From Syntrophaceae bacterium UBA2188 (GTDB taxonomy: Bacteria; Desulfobacterota; BSN033; UBA1163): DNA of 64,000 nt. A program made the position numbers and the translations under genes. The notes under the pieces were generated by a model. The model had not been told where the DNA came from and did not search any database. It saw only the letters and a program-made list of their open reading frames with translations. Positions 8,761 to 17,315 of the stretch are shown in pieces (position 1 is the stretch's first letter; every line of letters begins with the position of its first letter). The stretch covers positions 21,460 to 85,459 of the forward strand of contig DCVM01000058.1 in NCBI GenBank assembly GCA_002327985.1, given 5' to 3'.

Positions 8761-8828
8761 ATTCGGACTTCGGATTGCGGATTTCGGAGTTTAATTCCGC
8801 ACTCCGCCTACTACATTCCGCAATTGTT
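8761..8828. repeat. Imperfect hairpin built from TTCGGA/ATTGCGGA-type octamer words
   Basis: ATTGCGGA...TCCGCAAT and CGGAGT...ACTCCG nested inverted repeats, read directly. Confidence 0.55.
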
Positions 8829-9278
8829 TTATTTAGAAAACCTCACGATATCCCCTACATGGATCGAATTTTTAGCGAACCAACCCTGGTTCATTTCTAA
8901 GGCGTAAAGGATCGGTCTGGGTGGGATGTGGGAATCTAAGGTAAAAGGTTTCATATCAGTCATCCAAACGATCCGGCCCTCCTTGTCAATAAAGGCAATG
9001 CTCAGGGGGATGAGGGTATCTTTCATCCAAAAGCCGTGAAAATCCTCTTTTTCAAAAATAAAGAGCATTCCATCGTCTTTTCCTAAATGTTTTCTGCCCA
9101 TCAATCCCCGGTTTCTCTCTTCCGGAGTGGTAGCGACCTCCACCCATATTTCTTTTTGATGGAAATAGAGAGGGATCTTCGGGAAACTCTGAGAATGCGC
9201 ACTGGACATCCAGAGTAAGAACAGGATGAATAGGAGCCCCTTAATCCTTGGGCCCCGCCATCTCCTTTCTTTTCCCAT
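8829..9278 (-). CDS. DUF192 domain protein (secreted)
   Basis: VEVATTPEERNRGLMGRKHLGKDDGMLFIF...FWMKDTLIPLSIAFID pattern. Signal peptide. Start set at ATG 9276-9278. Confidence 0.7.
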   Translation of the reverse strand: MGKERRWRGPRIKGLLFILFLLWMSSAHSQSFPKIPLYFHQKEIWVEVATTPEERNRGLMGRKHLGKDDGMLFIFEKEDFHGFWMKDTLIPLSIAFIDKEGRIVWMTDMKPFTLDSHIPPRPILYALEMNQGWFAKNSIHVGDIVRFSK

Positions 9279-9471
9279 CCCATTCCTTTTTTTCAAGCTG
9301 ATCAGCAAGGTTCCGAATTTCATCCTTGATCTTTCCTGTATTCCACTGGATGAACAAAACCCAAAGGGGAAGAAGAAGCCAGATAATTAAGAGGATGCCT
9401 AAAAAAACCACCATGGCAATGGCGATCCCAAAAGGAAGTTCTTTAAAAATCTGTTCAATATACCATTCCAT
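9241..9471 (-). CDS. Small membrane protein, hypothetical
   Basis: 76 aa, one long hydrophobic segment (PFGIAIAMVVFLGILLIIWLLLPLWVLFI). No recognisable family. Confidence 0.4.
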   Translation of the reverse strand: MEWYIEQIFKELPFGIAIAMVVFLGILLIIWLLLPLWVLFIQWNTGKIKDEIRNLADQLEKKEWDGKRKEMAGPKD

Positions 9472-9549
9472 TCCTATTCATACCTCCTTCACTCAATCCA
9501 CCAATCCACCAGGAAAAAACGATAAAGGGTGGTGGGCAGGAGCAATCTT

Positions 9550-9837
9550 CTAATTGTGGGGCTCCCCTCCCAATTTTTTTCTCAGCTTTTCATTGACCTT
9601 TAAAATCTGATCTACATCTGAACCCGCCAATTCCCAAGAATAGCTATCCTTTCCATCTTTTTTTAGTTTGATTTTAACCTCTGGAGGAAGGGGAGGGTCC
9701 TTTTCAACGGTTTCTTTTTCCACGATGACCTTCGGGACCGATGGACTCTCGGATTTTCCCTGTGGAGGGGGTGATTTCTGCTCACAGGCAATGAGGGAAA
9801 AAATCAATATCATCAAAATGATGAATAACTTCCACAT
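9550..9837 (-). CDS. Small lipoprotein, hypothetical
   Basis: Lipobox LIAC after the hydrophobic leader MWKLFIILMILIFS. Lys/Pro/Glu-rich mature part. Confidence 0.5.
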   Translation of the reverse strand: MWKLFIILMILIFSLIACEQKSPPPQGKSESPSVPKVIVEKETVEKDPPLPPEVKIKLKKDGKDSYSWELAGSDVDQILKVNEKLRKKLGGEPHN

Positions 9838-9862
9838 ACTCCCTTCGTTCCTTACGATGAGG

Positions 9863-11407
9863 TCAATCCTCTTTGAGAAACAGCCGGCATCCCTTGAGAA
9901 ATTCTTCTTTCGTCCGGGCTTCTTTTGGGTAAGAGTACGATCTAAACTGACAGCTTACCCCTTTGGTAATATAGTTCCCCTGTGTCAATTTCACCTGGAT
10001 CCTTTCACCGATTTCCTTGGCCAATTTCTTATCATTGAAAGAAAAAATATAAACGATGCTGTTTTGAAAAGGAACCACCGTGTCTACAGAACGAACCATT
10101 TTCTGAATGGCATACATCACTCCCTCCCAAGACTCATGGTTGAGCGCCGACTCTCGTTTAGTTCGCTGGTCCCAGAAGTCCACCCGAATCATGGAAAAGG
10201 GGGCCTTATCTCTATCCGCTTCTTCAAGCATTGGATTGAGGAGAAGGTGATAGATCGTCTCTATCCCAAAAATGGGAAGGGTGAAGACAAAGGAAGCGCC
10301 ACTTCCAATCTTGCTCTCTGCATGGATCGTCCCCTGATGACCTTCGATGACCTCCTTGGCAATGGCAAGGCCCAACCCTGTTCCAGTAATGACCCCGGTC
10401 TGGGTTCTCCCCCCCTGATAGAAACGGTCAAAGACTTTTGGCAGGTCCTCTGGTGAAATACCCACCCCTGTATCGGTCACCACGATTTTCAAATAATCCC
10501 GCTTCTCGGTCAGTCCCTTTGAGTCTATTGTAATCTTCCCTCCCGGGGAGGTGAATTTAATTCCATTTCCGATGAGGTTAATGAAGACCTCCACCAATCG
10601 ATTGCGGTCGATCAAAACGGGCGGGATATCTGGATCGAGGCGGTTTTCAAGAGTGATCCTCTTTTCCTCCAACTGCTGAGAAAAAGTCATGACCGCATCC
10701 TCCACGACCTCGATCAGACGCGTCGGTTCAAATCTCAGTTTTAGCCCCTTGCCGGATTCGATCCTGGAAAAATCAAGGAGGGTCTCAATCAGGTTCGTCA
10801 GGCGGATGATATTCTTATTGGCAATGTTTAAATATTCCCGCTGATCTTCGGTGAGGGCTCCCACATGGCCTTCAAGCATGAGGGAGATGAATTCCTTGAT
10901 GACGGTCAGAGGAGTTCGAAGTTCATGGGAAACACTGGAAATGAAGGTGGACTTCAATTGGTCGAGTCGTTTGAGTTCTGCATTGGCCCTTTCCAATTCT
11001 GTCGATTTCTGAGTGAGGTCTGTGACGAGATCCTTTTCACGGACCACTCGATTCACTTTTGCCCTCAACTCATCGATGGTGAAGGGCTTGGTGATATAGT
11101 CCTTGGCTCCCGCTCCAACCACATCCGTGTAAGTATAGGTCCCTCCATGGGCGGTCATACAAATGATGTAGACATCTGGAAATTGATCCCGAACGGCTTT
11201 CATCAATTCAAACCCGTCCATTTCCGGCATCTTGATATCTGTAATCAGGATGCTAAAAGGCTCATGTTTCAAAATCTCCAATGCCTCTTTCCCGCTTCCA
11301 GCGGTCATGGCCTCATGGCCGATGACGTCGATAATTTTAGAGACCATCTCCCGAACGGCCTCCTCATCATCCACTACTAAAATTCTTTCCTTTCCTATAG
11401 TGACCAT
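9863..11407 (-). CDS. Hybrid response-regulator/histidine kinase (REC-HisKA-HATPase_c) with an extra C-terminal domain
   Basis: REC (ILVVDDEE...LITDIKMPEMDG), H-box SHELRTPL, N/G boxes (IGNGIKFT, GTGLGLAI). The roughly 135-aa C-terminal extension resembles a degenerate GGDEF domain. Confidence 0.85.
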   Translation of the reverse strand: MVTIGKERILVVDDEEAVREMVSKIIDVIGHEAMTAGSGKEALEILKHEPFSILITDIKMPEMDGFELMKAVRDQFPDVYIICMTAHGGTYTYTDVVGAGAKDYITKPFTIDELRAKVNRVVREKDLVTDLTQKSTELERANAELKRLDQLKSTFISSVSHELRTPLTVIKEFISLMLEGHVGALTEDQREYLNIANKNIIRLTNLIETLLDFSRIESGKGLKLRFEPTRLIEVVEDAVMTFSQQLEEKRITLENRLDPDIPPVLIDRNRLVEVFINLIGNGIKFTSPGGKITIDSKGLTEKRDYLKIVVTDTGVGISPEDLPKVFDRFYQGGRTQTGVITGTGLGLAIAKEVIEGHQGTIHAESKIGSGASFVFTLPIFGIETIYHLLLNPMLEEADRDKAPFSMIRVDFWDQRTKRESALNHESWEGVMYAIQKMVRSVDTVVPFQNSIVYIFSFNDKKLAKEIGERIQVKLTQGNYITKGVSCQFRSYSYPKEARTKEEFLKGCRLFLKED

Positions 11408-11498
11408 CCCTTCTGCAAAACTCCTTTTATCATGATCTGCATACCCACAAGAGAATATTCTATTTTTACTGCAATTTCAACAAAATAACATGAGAGTG

Positions 11499-11592
11499 AA
11501 ACCCGTTAGAAATTCCAGTCGTTTCGGCTAAAATGATTCTTAAATCTAACTCTGCTGAAAAGAAGTGAAGCATTATTTCCAATGGGGTAAAA
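11499..11592. repeat. Roughly 95-nt intergenic element, copy A (copy B at 57580-57680)
   Basis: Shares ordered blocks AAACCC, GTTAGAAATTCCAG, TCGG, AATGATT, GCATTATTTC and GGGTAAA with copy B. Confidence 0.5.
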
Positions 11593-11599
11593 TTTTTAT

Positions 11600-12667
11600 C
11601 TATTTTCCTTCCCTCTCTTTTTTCCAGGTTGAGAAGAAAATCCAGAATTTTTCAGAGGTTCCAGGAGGGAGATTGAGAAGATGAATGCCTATGGGAAGTG
11701 TGTCTTCGATGAAGTGTGGGTTCATCTCTTTGAGCTCTTTGTAGTAAGATCCAATCGCTTTGGCGATCTCCATGATGGGAAGAGACCGAGGCAACTCAAC
11801 CTGAACTCTCTCCACCTGAAGGGGATGATAAAACTCTTTTTCCTCTAAACGATATCCGTATCTCCCTGGATCTGAAAGGATGATCTTGGCCACAGCAATC
11901 TTATAGATATACCGTTCTGTTTCCAATGGGAGATCGAGATAAAAATAATTCCTTGTCTTTTGAAGATCGATCTCCTTTCGAACTCTGTTCTCCCCTGCGT
12001 TATAGGCAGCCATGGAAAGAATCCAACTATTAAATTCTTCATAGAGGCCTTTGAGATAAGAAATCGCTCCCTCTGTGGCCTTAAAAAAGTCGAACCGCTC
12101 ATCGATGTTTCGGGTTTTCCTCATCCCATATTTCTCTCCAGTGGATGGGATGAATTGCCAGATCCCGGCTGCCCCTGACGAAGAAACGGCCTCAGGTCGA
12201 AGGCTGCTTTCTGTGATCGTCACATACTTTAAATCGTCAGGAAGTCCCATCTCCTTCAACCTGTTCTCGATCAACGGGAAATACCGTCGTGCCCGCTTCA
12301 TCCATAAAAGGACTTGAACCTCGTTGGACAAAACCAAGAGGAATTCCCGATCCAAATTTTCCCAAACATTTCTATCTTCTATCGGAAACCGCTCCCCACA
12401 AAGATAAACCTCTGAGGGAAGTTTGTAAGTGGTGATGGAAGGACGGGTTTGAATAGTATCTAAACGATATTTCAAACTGGCCACCTCGTAGCGGAGGCCA
12501 GAGAGGGATTGTTCCAATTCCGTCAATTTCTCCAACAGGGCATCGTAGGTCCCTGAGGATTCATCTCGAACGATAATTTTCTCGGATTCTCTTTGGACGT
12601 TTGGACCGGTAGCACAACCGATAAAAAATAACCCAATCATCAAAACCAAAAGGACGGTTTTAACCAC
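11600..12667 (-). CDS. Lytic transglycosylase (SLT domain) lipoprotein
   Basis: Lipobox FIGC. ES...GAAGIWQFIPSTG...AYNAG SLT motifs. Confidence 0.8.
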   Translation of the reverse strand: MVKTVLLVLMIGLFFIGCATGPNVQRESEKIIVRDESSGTYDALLEKLTELEQSLSGLRYEVASLKYRLDTIQTRPSITTYKLPSEVYLCGERFPIEDRNVWENLDREFLLVLSNEVQVLLWMKRARRYFPLIENRLKEMGLPDDLKYVTITESSLRPEAVSSSGAAGIWQFIPSTGEKYGMRKTRNIDERFDFFKATEGAISYLKGLYEEFNSWILSMAAYNAGENRVRKEIDLQKTRNYFYLDLPLETERYIYKIAVAKIILSDPGRYGYRLEEKEFYHPLQVERVQVELPRSLPIMEIAKAIGSYYKELKEMNPHFIEDTLPIGIHLLNLPPGTSEKFWIFFSTWKKEREGK

Positions 12668-12733
12668 TTTTGCTTTTCTCCCTTGAAGAAAAATAGGTGA
12701 GTTTCTAATTTTATTTTGAAAGATTAATCCTCA

Positions 12734-13726
12734 TCATTGACTCATCCACGTTGATTTGACGCCCATTTTCGTCCTCACCTCGTCCATCACTTCTGTAACA
12801 ATGGCTTTGCAGCGGTCGGCGCCGGATTTCAATACATCGATCATATATTGGGGTTTTTCATGGATCTCTTGGACCCGATTCTGGATTGGCCCAATTTCCT
12901 CCGCCATGTTCTTAAAGAGAATTTCTTTACATTCAATACAGCCGATTCCAGCCGAACGACAATGAGGATCGACGAAGGCAATCTGATCTGGTTTTGAAAA
13001 AGCCTGATGCATGGTAAAGATATTGCAGTGCTCCGGATGCCCAGGGTCACTTCGACGCTGCCGGTGCTCGCAGGTGGCTGCGGTCCTCAATTTTTCCCGG
13101 ATCATTTCAGGAGGGTCAAGGAGACCAATGGCATTATTCAGGGATTTGGACATCTTCACACCCCCATCCGTTCCAAGAATCCTTGGAGCATCTGAAAGAA
13201 GAACCTTGGGCTCAGGGAACACCTCCCCGAAACGGGCATTAAATTTCCGAGCAATTTCCCTCGAGAGTTCGACATGCTGAATCTGGTCTTCCCCCACGGG
13301 AACATACCCTGCTTTATAGACCAAAATATCTGCTGCCTGGAGCACAGGATAATCCAGAAGTCCCATATTGATATTCTGGCGATGTTGTTTTGCCTTTTCT
13401 TTAAACTGGGTCATTCTTTCTAATTCACCGATCGGGGTGACGCAATTGAAGATCCATGCCAGTTCCGTGTGCTCAGGGACATGAGATTGAACGACGATGA
13501 TACATTTATCCGGAGTCAATCCGCAGGCGACAAGAATCGTTGCGGTATCCAAAATCCTTTTCTGCATTAATTCCACCTCATATTCGATCGTAATGGCATG
13601 ATAGTCCACCACACAGTAGATGCATTCATATTGATCCACCAACTTCACCCAGTTGCGGATAGCACCCACATAATTACCGATATGAATTTCCCCTGAGGGT
13701 TGAATCCCGCTGAAGATACGATCCAT
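12734..13726 (-). CDS. trpS: Tryptophan--tRNA ligase
   Basis: Class I motifs (PSGEIHIGNYVGA, KMSKS). 330 aa of typical TrpS. Confidence 0.92.
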   Translation of the reverse strand: MDRIFSGIQPSGEIHIGNYVGAIRNWVKLVDQYECIYCVVDYHAITIEYEVELMQKRILDTATILVACGLTPDKCIIVVQSHVPEHTELAWIFNCVTPIGELERMTQFKEKAKQHRQNINMGLLDYPVLQAADILVYKAGYVPVGEDQIQHVELSREIARKFNARFGEVFPEPKVLLSDAPRILGTDGGVKMSKSLNNAIGLLDPPEMIREKLRTAATCEHRQRRSDPGHPEHCNIFTMHQAFSKPDQIAFVDPHCRSAGIGCIECKEILFKNMAEEIGPIQNRVQEIHEKPQYMIDVLKSGADRCKAIVTEVMDEVRTKMGVKSTWMSQ

Positions 13727-13787
13727 AAGTCACTCCTTTTCCCTCATCCCTCCAACCCCCCTCTCATAAAGGGGGAAAGGTGGGATT

Positions 13788-13819
13788 AAAAAAAAACCAT
13801 GGGTGGATATTGCCCATGG
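13788..13819 (-). terminator. Rho-independent terminator about 60 nt upstream of the trpS start
   Basis: Minus strand: CCAUGGGcaauauccaCCCAUGG (7-bp stem) followed by U9. Could terminate the upstream selenoprotein gene or attenuate trpS. Confidence 0.65.
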
Positions 13820-13979
13820 CCTCTCTTTATTATAAGGGATTAAATTATAGACATAGAGGCGCCAGGCAAAATCCCTTCCTCGTAATTCCACACCATATCC
13901 AGGCCAATTTCATCACCTTATCTTTTAAATAATGACAGGATAATCTATCTTAATTTCAATAAAAAATCAATGGTTCATT

Positions 13980-14435
13980 TCAGGTCATAAAATCGCAGAG
14001 CATCCCGGCAGTTTTCCCAACAATGTCAGTGCACTTTTCAAGACCCCCTGAAGCCAACCATTTTTGCCGTTCCTCTTCATTATCCAAATGACAATTTATC
14101 AGATCATAGCAATAACAGCTCCCAAACTCCTTTTCGAATTCCTTCCAGAATGCCTGGCATTTTCCGTAGATCTTTGTGAGGGCTTCCTTATCCTTGGGAT
14201 CGGATCTTCCCATCTTCATCCCGATAGCCATCACCGCCCCGGTGAATGCGCCGCAAAGCGACCCTTTTCGACCCACCCCTCCACCAAATCCTGTGGCCAA
14301 TTTTGGGATAAGTGGATCCTGAATCCCGAAATACTCCTTGAAACTCAAGGAGATAGATTCCGCTCAGTTAAATCCCTGCTCAAAATAACCTTTCGCCTTT
14401 TCAGAAATCAATTTCACATTCTCTTTCTCTCCCAT
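13980..14435 (-). CDS. C_GCAxxG_C_C family redox protein, predicted selenoprotein (UGA 14364-14366 read as Sec)
   Basis: The track ORF 13980..14348 starts at a TTG and lacks the family N-terminus. In-frame extension: ATG 14433-14435 (GAGGGG SD) gives MGEKENVKLISEKAKGYFEQGFN-U-AESISLSFKEYFG...GFGGGVGRKGSLCGAFTGAVMAIG. The result is about 151 aa, with U where homologues have GxNC(A)(Q/E). Confidence 0.75.
14321..14366 (-). other. Recoded UGA (14364-14366) plus SECIS-like hairpin
   Basis: 11 nt after the UGA: CUCCUUGA-GUU-UCAAGGAG (14334-14352), a perfect 8-bp stem, extended by GAAUC/GAUUC (14321-14325 / 14356-14360). Confidence 0.65.
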
Positions 14436-14568
14436 TGAGTCTTCCCCTCTTAGCCTTTCTTACCGGAAATGGATTAGGGTAGATTTACCATTTTAAAATT
14501 AAAAAAGCTATATGATCTAGCGAAGGATTCATTGAAGGCAAATAAAAAATGAGTTATACAGAGGTTTA

Positions 14569-16125
14569 ATGGAAACGTGGAGATTATTAGATACTGGCCC
14601 GCGTTCAGCAGCCGAGAATATGGCTCTTGACGAGTTGCTCCTCGAATTAAAGGCCGGGGAAAAGATTCCTCATACCCTCCGATTTCTCCAGTTCTCCTAC
14701 CCAACCGTCCTGGTCGGACATCATCAATCTGCAGAGGAGGAAGTGAGGCTCGACTACTGTCAAACACAAGGAATCGAAATAAACCGAAGACTTACAGGAG
14801 GAGGTGCCCTTTATTGGGGGAAAAAAGAATTAGGGTGGGAGATTTATATCTCAAAAAAAGATCCAAGGGTTCCCTCGAAGATTGAGGACCTTTATAGAAA
14901 GATGGGGGAGGCAGCCGCCCTTGGGCTTCGTCATCTCGGCGTTCGCGCCCATTTTCGGCCAAGAAACGATATTGAAATCCAGGGTCGTAAAATTTCCGGG
15001 ACAGGAGGGACGGAGCTCTCTGGGGCCATCCTCTTCCAAGGCACTCTCTTGGTCGATTTTGATGTCGATGAAATGCTCCGGGCCTTGAGAATTCCCTCTG
15101 AAAAACTTCAACATAAAGAGATTGAATCTTTAAAGGAAAGGGTCACCTGTTTGATGTGGGAGTTGGGCAAATCCCCTTCCCTTTCACAAATCAAAACTTC
15201 TCTCGCCAAGGGTTTTGGAGAGGCCTTTGGAGTTCAATTTCAAGATCAGTCCCTGACAGATGAAGAAGAAACAGAGTTAAAAAGTAAATTGTCTTACTTC
15301 TCTTCTCAGGATTATATTTTCAAGATTAGAAATGCCTTACCCAGGAGAAAAACCTTGAGTTCCATCTTGAAGGCGCCAGGCGGGTTAATTCGAGTCTCTA
15401 TTGCCATGGATAGCAGGACTCAGGTGATGAACCAGATTCTCATCACGGGTGACTTTTTTGCTTATCCCAAAAGGGCGATTTTTGACCTCGAAAGCCTCCT
15501 CAAGAATTCAAAGGCCATCCCCTCCAGCATTGAAGAGACCATCCGATCCTTCTTTTCCAAAACAAAACCTCAGATTCCAGGAGTCAAAGAGATTCATTTC
15601 ATTCAAGCCATTAAAGAAGCGGTGCGGAAAATGGATCTCCTCCCTTATGGATTTGACGAAGAAGAAACACACAATCTCTTTTCTATCTTAAAACATTTTA
15701 GGGAAGTGAAAAACCCCGAAATCCTTCTTCTCCCTTATTGTGCCAAAGAAATAGACTGCGAGTATAGAAATCTAAAAGGCTGTGAAGAGTGTGGTCGTTG
15801 TTCAATAGGAGAGGCCATTCAGATGGCCAGATGTTTCGGAATGGATTCGATTACCATCCAAAGTTACGAAGATCTTGAATCAACCCTTAGCCGATTAAAG
15901 CGATTAGGAGTCCACAACTTTATCGGATCCTGTTGTGAGCCTTTCTATGGGAAGCATCGGCCTGACTTTGAAAGGATCGGGTTACCTGGAATCCTGGTGG
16001 AGGTAGAAAGGACCACCTGCTATGATCTCGACCAAGAGAAAATGGCACACAAAGGTCAATTCATGAACCAAACCCAGCTTAATCTCTCTCTTTTAAGAAG
16101 GGTGCTTGAGTTCACCCATGCCTAA
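14569..16125 (+). CDS. Lipoate/octanoate-protein ligase (LplA/sLpl(AB)-like) fused to a C-terminal Cys-rich DUF116 domain
   Basis: N-terminal BPL_LplA_LipB-like region (RFLQFSYPTVLVGHHQ...RRLTGGGALYW...GRKISGTGG). C-terminal LLLPYCAKEIDCEYRNLKGCEECGRCSIGEA...GSCCEPFY, typical of DUF116. Confidence 0.75.
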   Translation: METWRLLDTGPRSAAENMALDELLLELKAGEKIPHTLRFLQFSYPTVLVGHHQSAEEEVRLDYCQTQGIEINRRLTGGGALYWGKKELGWEIYISKKDPRVPSKIEDLYRKMGEAAALGLRHLGVRAHFRPRNDIEIQGRKISGTGGTELSGAILFQGTLLVDFDVDEMLRALRIPSEKLQHKEIESLKERVTCLMWELGKSPSLSQIKTSLAKGFGEAFGVQFQDQSLTDEEETELKSKLSYFSSQDYIFKIRNALPRRKTLSSILKAPGGLIRVSIAMDSRTQVMNQILITGDFFAYPKRAIFDLESLLKNSKAIPSSIEETIRSFFSKTKPQIPGVKEIHFIQAIKEAVRKMDLLPYGFDEEETHNLFSILKHFREVKNPEILLLPYCAKEIDCEYRNLKGCEECGRCSIGEAIQMARCFGMDSITIQSYEDLESTLSRLKRLGVHNFIGSCCEPFYGKHRPDFERIGLPGILVEVERTTCYDLDQEKMAHKGQFMNQTQLNLSLLRRVLEFTHA

Positions 16126-17221
16126 GGTTTCAAAGATTGGCTTCTATGACATCGTTGTCATCGGGGCGGGCCCAGCCGGATCCAGCGCCGCTCAGGCAGC
16201 TGTCCAAAGAGGAGCGAATGTGCTGATGATTGACCGGAGACAGCGTATTGGGCTCCCGGTCCAGTGTGCAGAGTTCGTGCCCCAATGGATCTCCCGCTAT
16301 GCGCCCTTCTCCCCAAGGTGTGTGCTTCAAACCATTGAAACCATGATCACTCACCTTCCTGATGGAACATCCTATGAGATGAAAAGTCCCGGTTATATGC
16401 TTGACCGATCCCTTTTAGATAAGGAATTAGTGGCTTTAGCTGTTTTATCTGGGGCAAAGATTTCCATTGAAACAAAAGCGGTGGATCTTTCTACCGAGGG
16501 CCTTGTCGTGGAACAGGGGTCAAAAAAAGTTAAGATTCAAGCAAAGGTTTTCATCGGTGCGGATGGAGTTCACTCCTTCACCGCCCGTTGTGTCGGTCAT
16601 CCGTCCCTGAAGACCATCGTCGCCCTCCAGTATGAAGTCGTTCTCCCAAAACCTCAGAATCATGTGGACGTTTTCTTCCACAAAGACTACGAGGGGGGAT
16701 ATGCCTGGTTTTTTCCAAAAGGAAAAACCGCCAATGTGGGGATAGGTGTCATTCCTTCAAAAACATCGGTGTTACCAAATTTACTGAGCGATTTCCTAAA
16801 TTTTCTGCGAGAATCTAAAAAAGTGCCGAGGGTTGAAATCGTTTCGAAAACAGGGGGGTCTATTCCTTGTGCGCCTTATCAAAAAACTTTATTCAAGAAT
16901 ACCCTACTTGTGGGTGATGCAGCCGGACAGGCTCATCCCATCACCGGGGCAGGAATCCTAAACGCTGTCATGGCAGGCGAGATAGCGGGGAGAATTTCTG
17001 CGGAGGCCATTGAAAAAGGAGACCTTCAATATTTGGAAAATTATGAAATCGAATGCCAAGAGGCGTTTGGAAGATCCCTCTCCTATGGTTCGTTAAAGAG
17101 AGAATTTCTTGAAGAAAACTGGAGTAAAGTCGGATCTGATTTTGAAGGTTTGATTCGAAAAACTTGGGTTGGGTTCAAAGAATATTATCAGGATAGAGGA
17201 GAAGTGAATACTCAGGGCTAA
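16118..17221 (+). CDS. Geranylgeranyl-reductase-family FAD oxidoreductase (LipT-like)
   Basis: YDIVVIGAGPAGSSAA dinucleotide fold and GDAAGQAHPITGAGI. ATG 16118 overlaps the upstream stop (ATGCCTAA). Confidence 0.8.
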   Translation: MPKVSKIGFYDIVVIGAGPAGSSAAQAAVQRGANVLMIDRRQRIGLPVQCAEFVPQWISRYAPFSPRCVLQTIETMITHLPDGTSYEMKSPGYMLDRSLLDKELVALAVLSGAKISIETKAVDLSTEGLVVEQGSKKVKIQAKVFIGADGVHSFTARCVGHPSLKTIVALQYEVVLPKPQNHVDVFFHKDYEGGYAWFFPKGKTANVGIGVIPSKTSVLPNLLSDFLNFLRESKKVPRVEIVSKTGGSIPCAPYQKTLFKNTLLVGDAAGQAHPITGAGILNAVMAGEIAGRISAEAIEKGDLQYLENYEIECQEAFGRSLSYGSLKREFLEENWSKVGSDFEGLIRKTWVGFKEYYQDRGEVNTQG

Positions 17222-17272
17222 AGCCCTGAGTGACAGGTAAGGTGAATTTGTAACTCAGCCCTTCAGGGCTGA
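17211..17272. repeat. Pair of GC-rich hairpins (CTCAGGGC-TAAA-GCCCTGAG; TCAGCCC-TTCA-GGGCTGA)
   Basis: The first hairpin contains the stop codon of the LipT-like gene. The 10-mer GGCTAAAGCC recurs at 49555-49564. Confidence 0.6.
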
Positions 17273-17315
17273 TGGTAAAGACATCGAAAATCATCTCGAC
17301 GAAGAAAGGGAAAAA

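Noticed and set aside
9668-11380. 262-aa and 171-aa plus-strand ORFs
   Set aside because: Both lie antisense within the REC-HisKA-HATPase gene, whose motifs are unambiguous.
13820-13979. T-box riboswitch upstream of trpS
   Set aside because: I could not find the conserved T-box sequence (AGGGUGGNACCGCG-like) or a specifier-loop arrangement. Only a terminator hairpin is evident.
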